From the IMG/VR virus record IMGVR_UViG_3300033150_002805, positions 12,847 through 76,846 of that record: a stretch of 64,000 bases of DNA. One strand, given 5' to 3'. The notes beneath the pieces are model-generated. The model was not told the origin of the DNA. It worked only from the letters and a program-made list of their open reading frames with translations, and ran no database searches. Source of the stretch: a virus. The stretch's first letter is position 1. The number at the start of each line of letters is the position of its first letter. Below are positions 19,018-29,481 of this stretch, piece by piece. The position numbers and the translations under genes were made by a program.

Positions 19018-19710
19018 ATGCCTAAACTAAAAGAACACGAAATTCTCAAAAAGTTTTTACTCGGTTTAGAGAAAGGATTAGCAAATTCATTATTGATCGT
19101 TGGAAATGCTGGAATTGGAAAAACTGAAACCACTCTGCGGGGATTAAGAGAATTGGGATTGAAAGAAAATCAGCATTTTAAATATTTAAACAACTATTCT
19201 ACTCCCCTTGAATTTTATCATTTATTAAAAGAGGTAAATAAATTGAGTTCGCCCCGTATTTTAATAATTGATGATGGAGAAGAAGTCATTTTTAACAAAC
19301 GAATTTTGGGACTTTTACGTTCCGCTCTCTGGGGAAACTTGGAAGGAAGACGAATTGTCCATTGGATTTCGCCAAGAGCAAAAAGTCATAGTTTTGAATT
19401 TACTGGAAAAATAATTATTTTGTTGAATGAATTAAATCCAAAAAATGGTTTGGTTCGTGCCTTGATAAGCAGAGGTTTTTATTATCATTTGTCTTTGAGT
19501 AATGAGAAAAAATTAGCACTTATGAGAGAACGAATTAAAGAACCATATAAGAATTTAAATTTTAAAGATAGATGGAAGATACTGAACTACATTGAAAAAA
19601 TTGGAAGGAATTCGGAAAAACTAACTTTGAGAACTCTACCAATGTCTTACAATATCTATATTTTGAGTAAAAATCATTGGAAAGAGTTGATCGCCGAACT
19701 TCTTATATAA
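19018..19710 (+). CDS. AAA+ family ATPase
   Basis: Walker A GNAGIGKT, Walker B ILIIDD, ALISR sensor region. Confidence 0.8.
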   Translation: MPKLKEHEILKKFLLGLEKGLANSLLIVGNAGIGKTETTLRGLRELGLKENQHFKYLNNYSTPLEFYHLLKEVNKLSSPRILIIDDGEEVIFNKRILGLLRSALWGNLEGRRIVHWISPRAKSHSFEFTGKIIILLNELNPKNGLVRALISRGFYYHLSLSNEKKLALMRERIKEPYKNLNFKDRWKILNYIEKIGRNSEKLTLRTLPMSYNIYILSKNHWKELIAELLI

Positions 19711-19756
19711 AAAAAAGGTCGACTATACTATAATTTAAAAAAAAAGGAATTTCATT

Positions 19757-19975
19757 ATGAAAAAATTAATCTGCCCAAAATGTAAAGCTGACTTAAGAAA
19801 AATAGGTTTGATAGAAATCTTGGATCAGGGTTATAAAAGAAGTCATTTGGTCTTGGACGAAAAAGGCAAAGTAAAAGAAATTGACTGGAAAAAAGAAAAC
19901 TTTGAGAATAATTTAGGTTATTATTGCCCAAATTGTGATCAATTGATTACAACAGATGTTCCCGAATGGGCTTAA
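19757..19975 (+). CDS. Small zinc-ribbon protein
   Basis: CPKC...CPNC. Confidence 0.55.
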   Translation: MKKLICPKCKADLRKIGLIEILDQGYKRSHLVLDEKGKVKEIDWKKENFENNLGYYCPNCDQLITTDVPEWA

Positions 19976-20300
19976 AAGTCATTTCAAAATAATATCAGAT
20001 TTAAAAAAAAAGAAAAGGTCGCTCAAATAACCAAATAAAAATTATGGAAAAAGAAAGATGTCTATTATGTAATCAGGAAATTTTCCAACCGCTTTTGGAT
20101 GAATATCACAAAGGATTCACCGCTCAAAAAATTATTGATATTATTGAGTTTGAATTAACAAACATTGATGAGAGAGAAAAATTATGGGAATGGTTTAATT
20201 CAAAAACACTGGTTGGTGGCATGATTTTAGATAATGAGTAATATAGTTGCTGATGAAAAAAAACCTTGTTGGTTATCAATAAAATTGAGTTAAATTAAAT

Positions 20301-20522
20301 ATGTTGTTAGTAATAATTTGGATATTAGAAATTGTAGTTTGCTTATTTTTAGCAAAATTAAAGAATAGAAGTTTGGGTTGGTCAATTATTGCTGGTTCAT
20401 TATTTGGCATAGTTGCTATCTTATTCTATCTACTCTGTTCAAAATTAGCTAATTGTCCTAAATGCGGAGGGGGAATTAAAACAGATAGCAGAATCTGTCC
20501 ACATTGTGGAGAGAAAATTTGA
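20301..20522 (+). CDS. Small membrane protein with C-terminal zinc ribbon
   Basis: Two hydrophobic helices, then CPKC..CPHC. Confidence 0.6.
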   Translation: MLLVIIWILEIVVCLFLAKLKNRSLGWSIIAGSLFGIVAILFYLLCSKLANCPKCGGGIKTDSRICPHCGEKI

Positions 20523-20594
20523 ACCCTGGTTCAATTGACTATCTGTCCTTATTAGAATCCATTCCAAACTCTTAACTTTTAGTCATGGAGATCC

Positions 20595-21431
20595 TCACAA
20601 GCGACCCTTCATAACCTCCTCATAAGAAGGATAAGGAAACTTCTTCTTCTCTATTTGATATCTACCAGCAAGAAATTCTGGCATTTTTCTTCGTATAGTT
20701 AATATAGTCCAATTTCTTAACCAACCAAATTCTTTTTCAACTTCTGTATTTCCATTTTTTAATTCTTCACATACTCTATAACAAAATTTCATAAAATTTA
20801 ATATATCTTCTTTTGTTCTACCTGAATAAAGAATGGTTTTGATTGCCCGTTTGACCTCTCCAAATTCTGCCCCCTTTAATTTTATGCCTTTGTATTGTTG
20901 ATATGCGTCAATAAGTTCCTTATAAATATCGTAAGAAACTTTAAAATCTTTTCTTTTAAGTGAGCGATTCTTTGAATCGCTATTAGTACTTATATTATTA
21001 GTATTGTTGTTATTAGTATTGTTACGTGCTACCACAGAAACAGGGGTGTTTCTGTGGTGATACACGGGGTGTTTCTGTAGTGATACACGACTTTGGTTGA
21101 ACCAATCTTTCTTATTTTTCATTTTTTTCCATTCGGTATAATCAATAAGCCAATAGATATAAGGAAAATTCCTCTGTTCAGGTTTTTCTATTTGGATTAT
21201 ATTCCATTTCAACAGTTCTTTGATTCCTCGTTGAATGGTGGCAACTGAAACTCCCAATTCTTTAGCCAGATGTCGGAGTCCTGGAAATGCTGTTCCATTC
21301 TTTTCATGACGACATAACGCCATATAAACTATCTGTCCTTTCCAACCCACTTTATGAGCATAGCCATTCAAAAATTCATTATCTATATAAAATCGTTTTT
21401 CGATTCTCTTGCTTCTTACTTTGATATTCAT
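20595..21431 (-). CDS. Replication initiator-like HTH protein
   Basis: VYMALCRH..AFPGLRHLAKELGVSVATIQRGIKEL (HTH_36-like), followed by an Asn/Thr-rich linker. Confidence 0.72.
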   Translation of the reverse strand: MNIKVRSKRIEKRFYIDNEFLNGYAHKVGWKGQIVYMALCRHEKNGTAFPGLRHLAKELGVSVATIQRGIKELLKWNIIQIEKPEQRNFPYIYWLIDYTEWKKMKNKKDWFNQSRVSLQKHPVYHHRNTPVSVVARNNTNNNNTNNISTNSDSKNRSLKRKDFKVSYDIYKELIDAYQQYKGIKLKGAEFGEVKRAIKTILYSGRTKEDILNFMKFCYRVCEELKNGNTEVEKEFGWLRNWTILTIRRKMPEFLAGRYQIEKKKFPYPSYEEVMKGRL

Positions 21432-21905
21432 AGATTTAAATTCAAAGCGGTAGCCTCACAATCGCTCTTCAAGTGTTTAGAAAACTAAACTTTGAAGAGA
21501 AGAATAAAGACTACCGCTTTGAATCCGATTGTGAACTATTCTTTTTTGATTTATCATATATCCAAACAACAGGTCAAGTAAAAATCTGTACATAACTTTC
21601 CCCTTTGATAAGGGTCTTTGGATATGATAAATAAACAGGTTTAACATCTTATAGTCTCTAAAAATTCGTAATAACAATGCGGGCAAATTTTATCTTCATC
21701 TCCAACTAAATTTTTACAATTATCACACCATCTAACCCAACCCCTATCTTCATCCCACATTTCTATCTTTTTAGTTTCCTCCTTCATAGTTGTTTCCATT
21801 TCCAAATTATCTTCTACTATCAGTTTAGCATATCAAAGATCTATGTCAAGAAGATATTGAAATCAGTTGAATTTTCGTTTAAAGAGAATTATCAGAGTTT
21901 TCCAC

Positions 21906-21934
21906 TTGACAGAGTTTTTGGGGAGTGATAGGAT
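21906..21934 (+). promoter_or_regulatory. Sigma70-type promoter
   Basis: TCCAC-TTGACA-17 bp-TAGGAT with an extended TG. Confidence 0.6.
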
Positions 21935-22077
21935 GAAATATGAACAAAGAAAAAGAAGGCTTTTTATAAGAAAACGGGCGAAGAAATGAGATTTTCTCAA
22001 GGTCGCTGGTGGATTATTCCCTCAGGGGGCGGGCAATGGCTGGAATTTAATGACAAAGAAAGTGAAATTAAATTTAA

Positions 22078-22413
22078 ATGAAGAAAATTATGAATATTTA
22101 TCGTCAAGGGGATTTACTCCTTTATCCCTTAAAAGAAAAACCAAAAAATCTTAAATTGGTTTTTAAAGGAAAAAAATATGTTCTTAAGTATGGTGAGGCT
22201 ACAGGCCATAAACATTTATTGGTTGTTGAACCAACAAAATTATTTGAGATTTTAGAGGATGAAAAAGGTCAAAAATATATTAAACTTTCTCATTCTGGCA
22301 AGATTGTTCATGAAGAACACAAGACATTGACAATTATGCCTGATTTTTATGTGGTTCATGAAGAAAGAGAATATGATTATCCAGAGCAAGAAATAAATAA
22401 AGTTGTAGATTAA
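22078..22413 (+). CDS. Conserved phage protein (RQGD/GEATGH family)
   Basis: YRQGD, GEATGHKH, HEEH and REYD motifs. Confidence 0.7.
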   Translation: MKKIMNIYRQGDLLLYPLKEKPKNLKLVFKGKKYVLKYGEATGHKHLLVVEPTKLFEILEDEKGQKYIKLSHSGKIVHEEHKTLTIMPDFYVVHEEREYDYPEQEINKVVD

Positions 22414-23343
22414 ATGAAAAATACCAAAGAAAATAGAGTCGCTTTTTTAAAAGAATGTTTTAATAAATCTTTTTATCAAAAAGATGGAGATTTAATGATT
22501 GGGGCTAAAAAACTTAATGATGCTTTGAGTAAAAAAAGACAGGTTGTTTTAATTAAGGATTGGTCTGAACTTGGGTCTGAACTTAGGTTTGAACTTGAGT
22601 CTGAACTTAGGTTTGAACTTAGGTCTGAACTTTGGTCTGAATTTTGGTCTGAATTTGGGTCTGAACTTAGGTCTGAACTTAGGTCTGAACTTTGGTCTGA
22701 GCTTGGGTTTGAATATTATGAAAACGTTTTTCTTATCTTTATAAAGGAATTTTATCCTCAATTAAAAACTATTCAAAGAAATAAAAAGAAGATTGAAGCA
22801 TTGGAAGAATTAGTCAACCAAGGTAATTGTTATATATTTATTTCAGAAAAGGAATTATTTATATTACCTCTTCCTGAAGAAATTAAAATAGATAATCAAA
22901 AAAGGCTTCATTCTGAAACCCAATATGCTTTGCGTTGGTTAGGTAAAGAAAGTTATTGGCTTTATGGAAGAAAATTTGAGAAATCATTATGGGAAAGAGC
23001 GGTAAAAAGGAAAATATCAGCTAAAGAATTATTAGAAATGAAAAATATAGAGCAAAGAATGACAATATTACAGATTTATGGCAATAAGTGGCTTCTTGAA
23101 AATTTAAACGCTAAATTGATAGATAAATCTTCTCGGGGAAATGAATTGTATTTGGTGGATAAAGTATTTAGGGAACCTGCATATTTTTTGAAATATAAAG
23201 ATAGTTCTACTGATAGGGTGTATGTTTCTGGAATTGCTCCAGATTTTGCTAAAACGCCATACGAATTAACTGCAGATAATGCAATGGCTTGGAAATTTCA
23301 AATTACTCCTTATGAGTATAAACAATTAAGAAATGAAACATAA
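22414..23343 (+). CDS. DUF6745-like protein with SEL(R/W/G) tetrapeptide repeats
   Basis: 12-nt repeat tctgaactt(a/t/g)gg at about 22560-22710; RLHS..AL.W, NIEQR, DSSTDRVY. Confidence 0.6.
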   Translation: MKNTKENRVAFLKECFNKSFYQKDGDLMIGAKKLNDALSKKRQVVLIKDWSELGSELRFELESELRFELRSELWSEFWSEFGSELRSELRSELWSELGFEYYENVFLIFIKEFYPQLKTIQRNKKKIEALEELVNQGNCYIFISEKELFILPLPEEIKIDNQKRLHSETQYALRWLGKESYWLYGRKFEKSLWERAVKRKISAKELLEMKNIEQRMTILQIYGNKWLLENLNAKLIDKSSRGNELYLVDKVFREPAYFLKYKDSSTDRVYVSGIAPDFAKTPYELTADNAMAWKFQITPYEYKQLRNET

Positions 23344-23371
23344 ATATTAAAAGGTTTAAAAGAACAACCCT

Positions 23372-23926
23372 ATGGAAAAAGAAAAGGAAACACGACGAGG
23401 ACGAAAAAGGGGATATAAATATTCAGAGGAAACCAAAAAGAAGATGTCTATTAAAAAAATAGGCAATAAAAATAAGTTAGGTAAAACTGGTTATAAATTA
23501 TCAGAAGAAACGAAGAGAAAAATATCAGAAGCAAGGAGGGGAATAAAATTGTCAGAAGAAACTCGTAAAAAAATGAGCAAAACTCGGAAAGGAAGAACAG
23601 GAGAAAGAGCCAATAGTTGGAAAGGCGGGATTAGTCAAAACAAAGAATATTTGAGTTGGCTTAAAAATAAAAGGAATAGAATGCCAAAAATTGGAAGTCA
23701 CACTTTTGGAGAATGGGAATTATTGAAAAAACAATATGGATATAGATGCCCCGCTTGTGGAAGAAAAGAACCTGAAATTAAATTAACCGAAGACCACATT
23801 ATTCCATTAAGCAAAGGTGGTTCGGATTATATTGAAAATATTCAGCCATTATGTAAAAGTTGTAATTTTAGAAAACATACTAAAATTATTAAATATGAAT
23901 TTGAAAAAAGAAAAGAAAACAATTAA
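23372..23926 (+). CDS. NUMOD3-HNH endonuclease
   Basis: SEETKxKxS repeats; CPACG..DHIIPLSKGG..NIQPLCKSCN. Confidence 0.88.
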   Translation: MEKEKETRRGRKRGYKYSEETKKKMSIKKIGNKNKLGKTGYKLSEETKRKISEARRGIKLSEETRKKMSKTRKGRTGERANSWKGGISQNKEYLSWLKNKRNRMPKIGSHTFGEWELLKKQYGYRCPACGRKEPEIKLTEDHIIPLSKGGSDYIENIQPLCKSCNFRKHTKIIKYEFEKRKENN

Positions 23927-24102
23927 AACTTACGCCGATAAGGTAAAATTGGAACTTGATGGATTTGAAATTCAACATTTAATGAATTTATTAGAAGAAG
24001 AGGCAGTTGAAGCAAAAGATATATTAAATATACAGATTGCTGTTAGATTGTATGAAAAACTGAAAGAGGTTTTTAAGGAAAATTGGAAAAACTAAATAAC
24101 CT

Positions 24103-24384
24103 ATGAAGAAAGAAACATTAAAAGAAAATTGGGAAAAGGAGTTTGAAGAAAGATTTATTAAAAATCGGGATTTTTATTTATATGACCCAGAGGAAGAAAG
24201 ATATAAAGTTTTGTCCTTTATCCGCCAACTTCTTGCTTCCCAAAAACAAGAATTATTAGAGAAGATAGAGGGAGAGATAAAAAATTGTAAGAAGTTTGGA
24301 ATGAGATTTGGTAAGTTATCTGCTTGGATCTATTTAAAAGAAGAAATAGATAAAATTGTTGACAAATATGGGGGAAATAATTAG
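24103..24384 (+). CDS. Hypothetical cassette protein
   Basis: ORF starting at the conserved junction motif. Confidence 0.55.
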   Translation: MKKETLKENWEKEFEERFIKNRDFYLYDPEEERYKVLSFIRQLLASQKQELLEKIEGEIKNCKKFGMRFGKLSAWIYLKEEIDKIVDKYGGNN

Positions 24385-24490
24385 TCAGGATACTGACTAA
24401 CGGGTAGGAATTCATACCCGATAAATCGAGTGGTTCGAATCCACCTTGGTGGGAAGCAGGCGACTTCCACCCCCATATTTGTCAATAATT
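24354..24490 (+). ncRNA. tRNA-like multi-stem structured element containing a T-loop
   Basis: About 20-bp closing stem (ttgacaaatatggggg/cccccatatttgtcaa) enclosing four hairpins, one being GTGGTTCGAATCCAC. Confidence 0.55.
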
Positions 24491-24649
24491 AACCAGCTAT
24501 TAAAATAACTATGAAAAAACAAAAGAAAAAATGTAATTGCCAGTATGAAAAACTAAAAAGATATTGGGGAACAGAAAAAGGAATAACGCATAATCGGAAT
24601 TGTCCTCAATTTAAAAGGTCGGTTAAATTAAAAGGATTAAAATAATATT

Positions 24650-24898
24650 ATGATGACCAAAGAAGAAGTAGAAAAAAATAAAGTCAACCTCAGGGAAGCC
24701 AACCTCAGGAAAGCCGACCTCAGGGAAGCCAACCTCAGAGGAGCCGACCTTAGGGAAGCCAACCTCAGAGGAGCCGACCTTAGGGAAGCCGACCTTAGGG
24801 AAGCCGACTTCAGGGGAGTCGACCTCGAGAGAGCTAAAATAAATAAATCTCAAATAAAGGATTTATTAAAAACACTTGGTGTTATAATTATGGATTAA
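24650..24898 (+). CDS. Pentapeptide repeat protein
   Basis: A(N/D)LR(E/G) repeats. Confidence 0.85.
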   Translation: MMTKEEVEKNKVNLREANLRKADLREANLRGADLREANLRGADLREADLREADFRGVDLERAKINKSQIKDLLKTLGVIIMD

Positions 24899-25033
24899 AA
24901 AAAAGGTTGGTTAAAAAATTAAACAAAGAGTATGAAACATCTATCATCAAGATAAAAAAGAGATTTAAAAATTACCACCTAAAATAATAATCAACTACTC
25001 AAATCCGAATAAATAAGGAGGCGAGATAATAAG

Positions 25034-25375
25034 ATGTTTAAGTGGCAAAAACAACTAAAACAACTAAAAGAAAAAGAGCAGGAGCTTCAACTAAAAGAAA
25101 AAGAGCAAGAGTTGAAAAAGGAATGGTGGAACAGAGTATTTGATGAACGAGAAAAAAATCTATCAGTTGAGATTAAGAGAAAAATAAAGGAGAAAGAAAT
25201 AGAACTATTGGAAGCCAAGAATGATACTGAATTAAGACTTACCAAAGAAAAGTTTGAAGCAATTTTAAAGGTCAAAGACGATACGATTAAAAGATTAGAA
25301 GAAGAAATTAAAGTTTTAATCGCAAAACTTCCCGAAGTCAATTTAAAAGATTTCAATTTTACGATTAAAAAATAA
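25034..25375 (+). CDS. Coiled-coil hypothetical protein
   Basis: QLKEKEQEL duplication and heptad pattern. Confidence 0.55.
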   Translation: MFKWQKQLKQLKEKEQELQLKEKEQELKKEWWNRVFDEREKNLSVEIKRKIKEKEIELLEAKNDTELRLTKEKFEAILKVKDDTIKRLEEEIKVLIAKLPEVNLKDFNFTIKK

Positions 25376-25623
25376 ATTATGTATCTGTATGATATAAATT
25401 ATCCATCGTATCGGGCAATATATTATGGTGCATGGAATACAACTCCTCCTTCAATAGAAATAAAGAAAGGTCAAGAGAATTATTATCAGAATCTCTTAAA
25501 GTTTTATCAAAAAGCTCGTCCACAATTTTTCAAAGAAAATAACCTTGAAGAACGACCAATTGGTGAGATTTTATGGAATTTAACTCATTGATTTCTCTAA
25601 GAAAAAAACTCTAAATAAACCCT

Positions 25624-25974
25624 ATGAAGAAAGAAAAGAAAATTAAGCCAATTATGAAGATAAAAGAAAAAAATAGATATTGGATAAAAAAACCAGAAAG
25701 TTTTTTATATGTAATGGCAGTAGTGGGAGATTATTGGGTCGGTTGGGTGGAGAATTTAAATTGGCTATGGGTTTTAGGAAGATGGGAAGGAGTATATAGA
25801 AACGGAATAGGAGCTGGCTCAGAAGAAGGAATAGGGTGGACTATGAGCTTAAAAGAGGCTTCTAAAAGATATAGTCATCACAAATTAACTAAAGTTGAAA
25901 ACAAAATAATTGGTAAAATTTTTATAGATAAAGAAGATTTTGCTAAATTATTAAAAATTCAAAAATCTAAATAA
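25624..25974 (+). CDS. Hypothetical cassette protein
   Basis: ORF bounded by CTAAATAAACCTATG-type junctions. Confidence 0.55.
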   Translation: MKKEKKIKPIMKIKEKNRYWIKKPESFLYVMAVVGDYWVGWVENLNWLWVLGRWEGVYRNGIGAGSEEGIGWTMSLKEASKRYSHHKLTKVENKIIGKIFIDKEDFAKLLKIQKSK

Positions 25975-25978
25975 ACCT

Positions 25979-26281
25979 ATGGAAAGACAAAAAAAGTTCC
26001 CAAAATTTATTAAAAATGTTCCTTATGAAATAAAATGGGTAGATACATTTGGGTATTCTGGTTGGTTTAGTGAAGAAGAAATAGATAAAAGGATTAAACA
26101 TCCAGCAACCAGTTTAACAATAGGATATTTTGTTAAAGAGAGGAATGGATTTATCGTTTTAGCGATGGGTCAAGAAATAGAAGACAAGAGTTTTTTGCCT
26201 TATAATTCTCCTAAATTTATACCGAGAGGATATATTAAATCAATTAGAAAATGTGTCTTCCCAACCAGAAAAACTAAATAA
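25979..26281 (+). CDS. Conserved small phage protein (W.D...GW...GY...IP family)
   Basis: EIKWVDT..SGW..TIGYFV..IP pattern. Confidence 0.6.
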   Translation: MERQKKFPKFIKNVPYEIKWVDTFGYSGWFSEEEIDKRIKHPATSLTIGYFVKERNGFIVLAMGQEIEDKSFLPYNSPKFIPRGYIKSIRKCVFPTRKTK

Positions 26282-27067
26282 ACCTTATGAGAGAAGCAAA
26301 AAAAATTAAAATGGGAAAATTATACGGGAAAGATGTAGAAGTTAAACTTAAAAAAGGCGAAACTTTACACTTTCCTGTAATGTTGCCTTTTGAAAGATTT
26401 AGCAATTCTCCCTGGAAAGAGATGCTGAAAATATCTAAGAAATACAAGATTCCCCTTGAAAAATTGAGATACAAAAGAGAGATATTTTATCTCAAAGGAT
26501 GGGAAGATGGAGCAGAAATAAGTTATACTAAATAAACCTATGAAAGATGAAGAATTAAGTAAAGAAATAATAGATACTACTCATAATTCGGATAATGAAG
26601 TATGGACGGGATGTAAACATAAATGGCGATTGTTAATTTTTTGGAGAGACGGCGGACAGGTATTATATTGGGAATGTGAAAGGTGTGGAGAAACAAAATC
26701 TTATTGTGAGTGGAGTTGTGTTTAATTAAAAAACTATGAGATACGATACAGCAGGAAATCCAATAAAAGAGCCTCTTGATGGTTGTGATTGTGGCTTAAC
26801 TGGAGGTTGTGAAAAATGTAATCCTGATTTATTTGGATTCAAAATAAAGACCAAGATATGGTTGAAAGAAAATGAGTGGGGATTTTTGCCACCAAAGACC
26901 ATTGAAATTGATAAAGTTATTGATATGTTAAGAGAGATAGAAAAACAAGCGATTCCTTCTGATGTGGATATTCCAGATGATTTTATTTGGGAAATAGCAA
27001 TGAGGTATAAGATTAAACCCTAACCAAAACCTAAATTATGAGAAAAGAAAAGAAAATATAATGGTTT

Positions 27068-28012
27068 ATGTTTAAAATTCAAACCAAAACGTTTCGTGAT
27101 ATTTGGCAAAAAGATGCAAGAATAGAAAAAATAAGAAAAGTGTTAATCCCTAAAATAAATAGAAGTTTAGCCCATTCAAAAATTAAATTTGATAGCCAAG
27201 ATTTAGAACATCAAGTTCTTTTTAGAATGACAACTAGTCTTGATTTTCAAAAAGCGTTTGAAGAACAAAGATACATTGTAATTGAAAGAATGAAAAATAC
27301 TCAAGTAAAACCTAATCAATTATTTTGTTTCGGCTTTAAAAGAAAAGACGAATGGTATGTAAAATGGGGAAAGCGTAGAGAAAAATTATATGCTATACAT
27401 GAATCAGGAAAAAAAAGAGAAATTATTTTTAAAGAATTAACAGAAAGCTATAGCCATATTTTTAATGACTATCATTATATTCATTGTTCAAGAGGAAACG
27501 GAATGACATTTGGATTTTTTCTAAAAGGTAAAAAATATCCCTTTGCTATTGAACAAGTTGAACCTTGTTCAGAAAGTAGTGATTATAAAAAAGCGGTGTT
27601 GATGTTATTAGGCATAAATTATAATATGGCAGTAGAGTTAACAAGATTTTATTCTGTTCCCAATACTCCCAAAAATCTTATTGGAATTCTCGATAAGTTG
27701 GTAGGAAGGGCTTTAAGAGATAAAGGATATGAATATATGATGACGGCAGTAATGCCAGCTTTTGCTAAAACTAAAGCTACCACTATAGCTGGAGGAATAA
27801 ATAAACCTATTTTTGCTAAAAGATTAAAACTACAATTTTATAAAAGATCAGATGGCAGGTTTCAACTATGCGTTAATAGAAATAAACCAAAAAACGCGGA
27901 AATAATTCAAAGCAAATGGGAATTGTTTCCTGTAATTGAAATGATTAAACCATTGCTTAAAGGTTTAAAAATCAATATAGACAAAAATAAATTATATTAT
28001 ATATGGCAATAG
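27068..28012 (+). CDS. Possible Mom/GNAT-like DNA modification protein
   Basis: YHYIH and VELTRFYSVPNTPKN resemble Mom-family HY.H and ELxR...PKN motifs; lies in the methyltransferase cluster. Confidence 0.45.
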   Translation: MFKIQTKTFRDIWQKDARIEKIRKVLIPKINRSLAHSKIKFDSQDLEHQVLFRMTTSLDFQKAFEEQRYIVIERMKNTQVKPNQLFCFGFKRKDEWYVKWGKRREKLYAIHESGKKREIIFKELTESYSHIFNDYHYIHCSRGNGMTFGFFLKGKKYPFAIEQVEPCSESSDYKKAVLMLLGINYNMAVELTRFYSVPNTPKNLIGILDKLVGRALRDKGYEYMMTAVMPAFAKTKATTIAGGINKPIFAKRLKLQFYKRSDGRFQLCVNRNKPKNAEIIQSKWELFPVIEMIKPLLKGLKINIDKNKLYYIWQ

Positions 28013-28515
28013 AAATAGAATTGAAATTTAAAGTAAGAAATTTAGATAATTTATGGAAAAAACTCAAAGGAGCAGAACCAAATATTTTGTACATTCACGA
28101 TGAAGTTTTTGGTAAAAAGAGAATTGATTATAAGATAAGAAAAAGAACCGAAATTTCTGCAAAGGGAATAAATGTCGAACATCAAAGAACAATTCCAGTT
28201 AAGAATAAAGATAAAACTAAAAAAATTATAGAAGAAACCATTAACAGATTGCCAAACAGTTTTAAAAGTGAGAATTCTTATGAAAAGATAAGATTTTTAT
28301 TTAAGCGAGGAGGGTGTGAGGTTAGTGTTGATTTTTATCCAATAGGCGTTTATTGCGAAATAGAAGGAAATGAAAAGAAAATTAAAAAGCTGGCAAAAAA
28401 GTTAGGATTTGATTTAGAAAAAAGTATCAAGAAAAATGTTGATTTGATTTATTGTGATTGGTGTAAAAAAAGAAATAGAAAACCAAGATTACACTGGGGT
28501 TTTGGGAAAATATAA
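28003..28515 (+). CDS. CYTH domain protein (class IV adenylate cyclase/triphosphatase fold)
   Basis: N-terminal EIELKF, YEKIR, D...G.YCEIEG, LAKKLGF. Confidence 0.75.
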   Translation: MAIEIELKFKVRNLDNLWKKLKGAEPNILYIHDEVFGKKRIDYKIRKRTEISAKGINVEHQRTIPVKNKDKTKKIIEETINRLPNSFKSENSYEKIRFLFKRGGCEVSVDFYPIGVYCEIEGNEKKIKKLAKKLGFDLEKSIKKNVDLIYCDWCKKRNRKPRLHWGFGKI

Positions 28516-28677
28516 TAATTATGGAAAAAGAAACAATTAAAAAAGAGATAATGAACATAGTTAGTGTTCCACTCGAAGCCGAAGGAGAAACGGGCTATTT
28601 AAAATTAACAGACGAAGAAATTGATAGAGTGTGGATTTATTCTACCAAACCTTCCAATCTAAAAACTAAATAAAACT

Positions 28678-29190
28678 ATGAAGAGAGAAATTGACCTAAC
28701 AACTTGGAAATGTGCTAATCCACCAAAAAAAGGAAAAGGTCAAGCATTTCCTTCAAGGTTTTTAAGAAATTTAGAAAGATTTTATCCTACAAAAAATAAG
28801 GAAGTTTTGTGGATGTTCGCTGGAAATATAAGACCAAGTGAGAGCAATGATACTAACGATATTCGTCCAAAAACCAAACCAACTTACTGTTGTGATTTTA
28901 GAGAAATTCCTGAAACTAAAAAATATGATGTTATTATTGCCGACCCACCATATAATAAGTTATTTGCTAAAGAGTGGAAAAACGATTTGCCGAAACCGAA
29001 ACATATTGTAGAAAAATCAGCTAAATTACTTAAAAAAAATGGATTATTACTTCTACTTCATATAATTGTGATTCCTGCTTATGAAAAGCAAACTGGATTT
29101 GAAAGAATTGCTCTTCACCCTATTTTATGCGGAGCTGGTAATGCTATTAGGGTGTTAAATGTTTTTCAAAAAAAAAGATTGTTTAACTAA
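28678..29190 (+). CDS. Small amino-methyltransferase-like protein
   Basis: YDVIIADPPY; LWMFAG. Confidence 0.7.
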   Translation: MKREIDLTTWKCANPPKKGKGQAFPSRFLRNLERFYPTKNKEVLWMFAGNIRPSESNDTNDIRPKTKPTYCCDFREIPETKKYDVIIADPPYNKLFAKEWKNDLPKPKHIVEKSAKLLKKNGLLLLLHIIVIPAYEKQTGFERIALHPILCGAGNAIRVLNVFQKKRLFN

Positions 29191-29481
29191 ATAAAACTAT
29201 GACTAAAAGAAAAGAGGAGAAAATCAAAGCGTGGGCAATAATAAGTCAGTCAAGAAAAAATCCCTGTATGATAGAAACTGCTTGGGATTTATTGGGAGAA
29301 GATAATGAATTTTATACCCCATTAGCAGTTTTTAGTAGTAGACAAGAGGCGAAAGAGTATCTAGATTACAGAAATGGAGGAAAGTCTATTTATCCTTGTT
29401 CACCAAGATTAAAAATAATTAGGGTAGAAATAATCTATAACCAACCAAAAAACTAAATAAACCTATGAAGAAAGAAAAAAT

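Noticed and set aside
22414-23343. Diversity-generating retroelement target
   Set aside because: No reverse transcriptase or TR/VR pair was seen in the window.
24354-24490. Canonical tRNA gene
   Set aside because: It lacks a standard acceptor stem, D-loop and 7-nt anticodon loop; kept only as a tRNA-like candidate.
22549-24853. Minus-strand KFRP and EVGFP repeat ORFs
   Set aside because: Antisense of the SELR and pentapeptide repeats in recognisable plus-strand genes.
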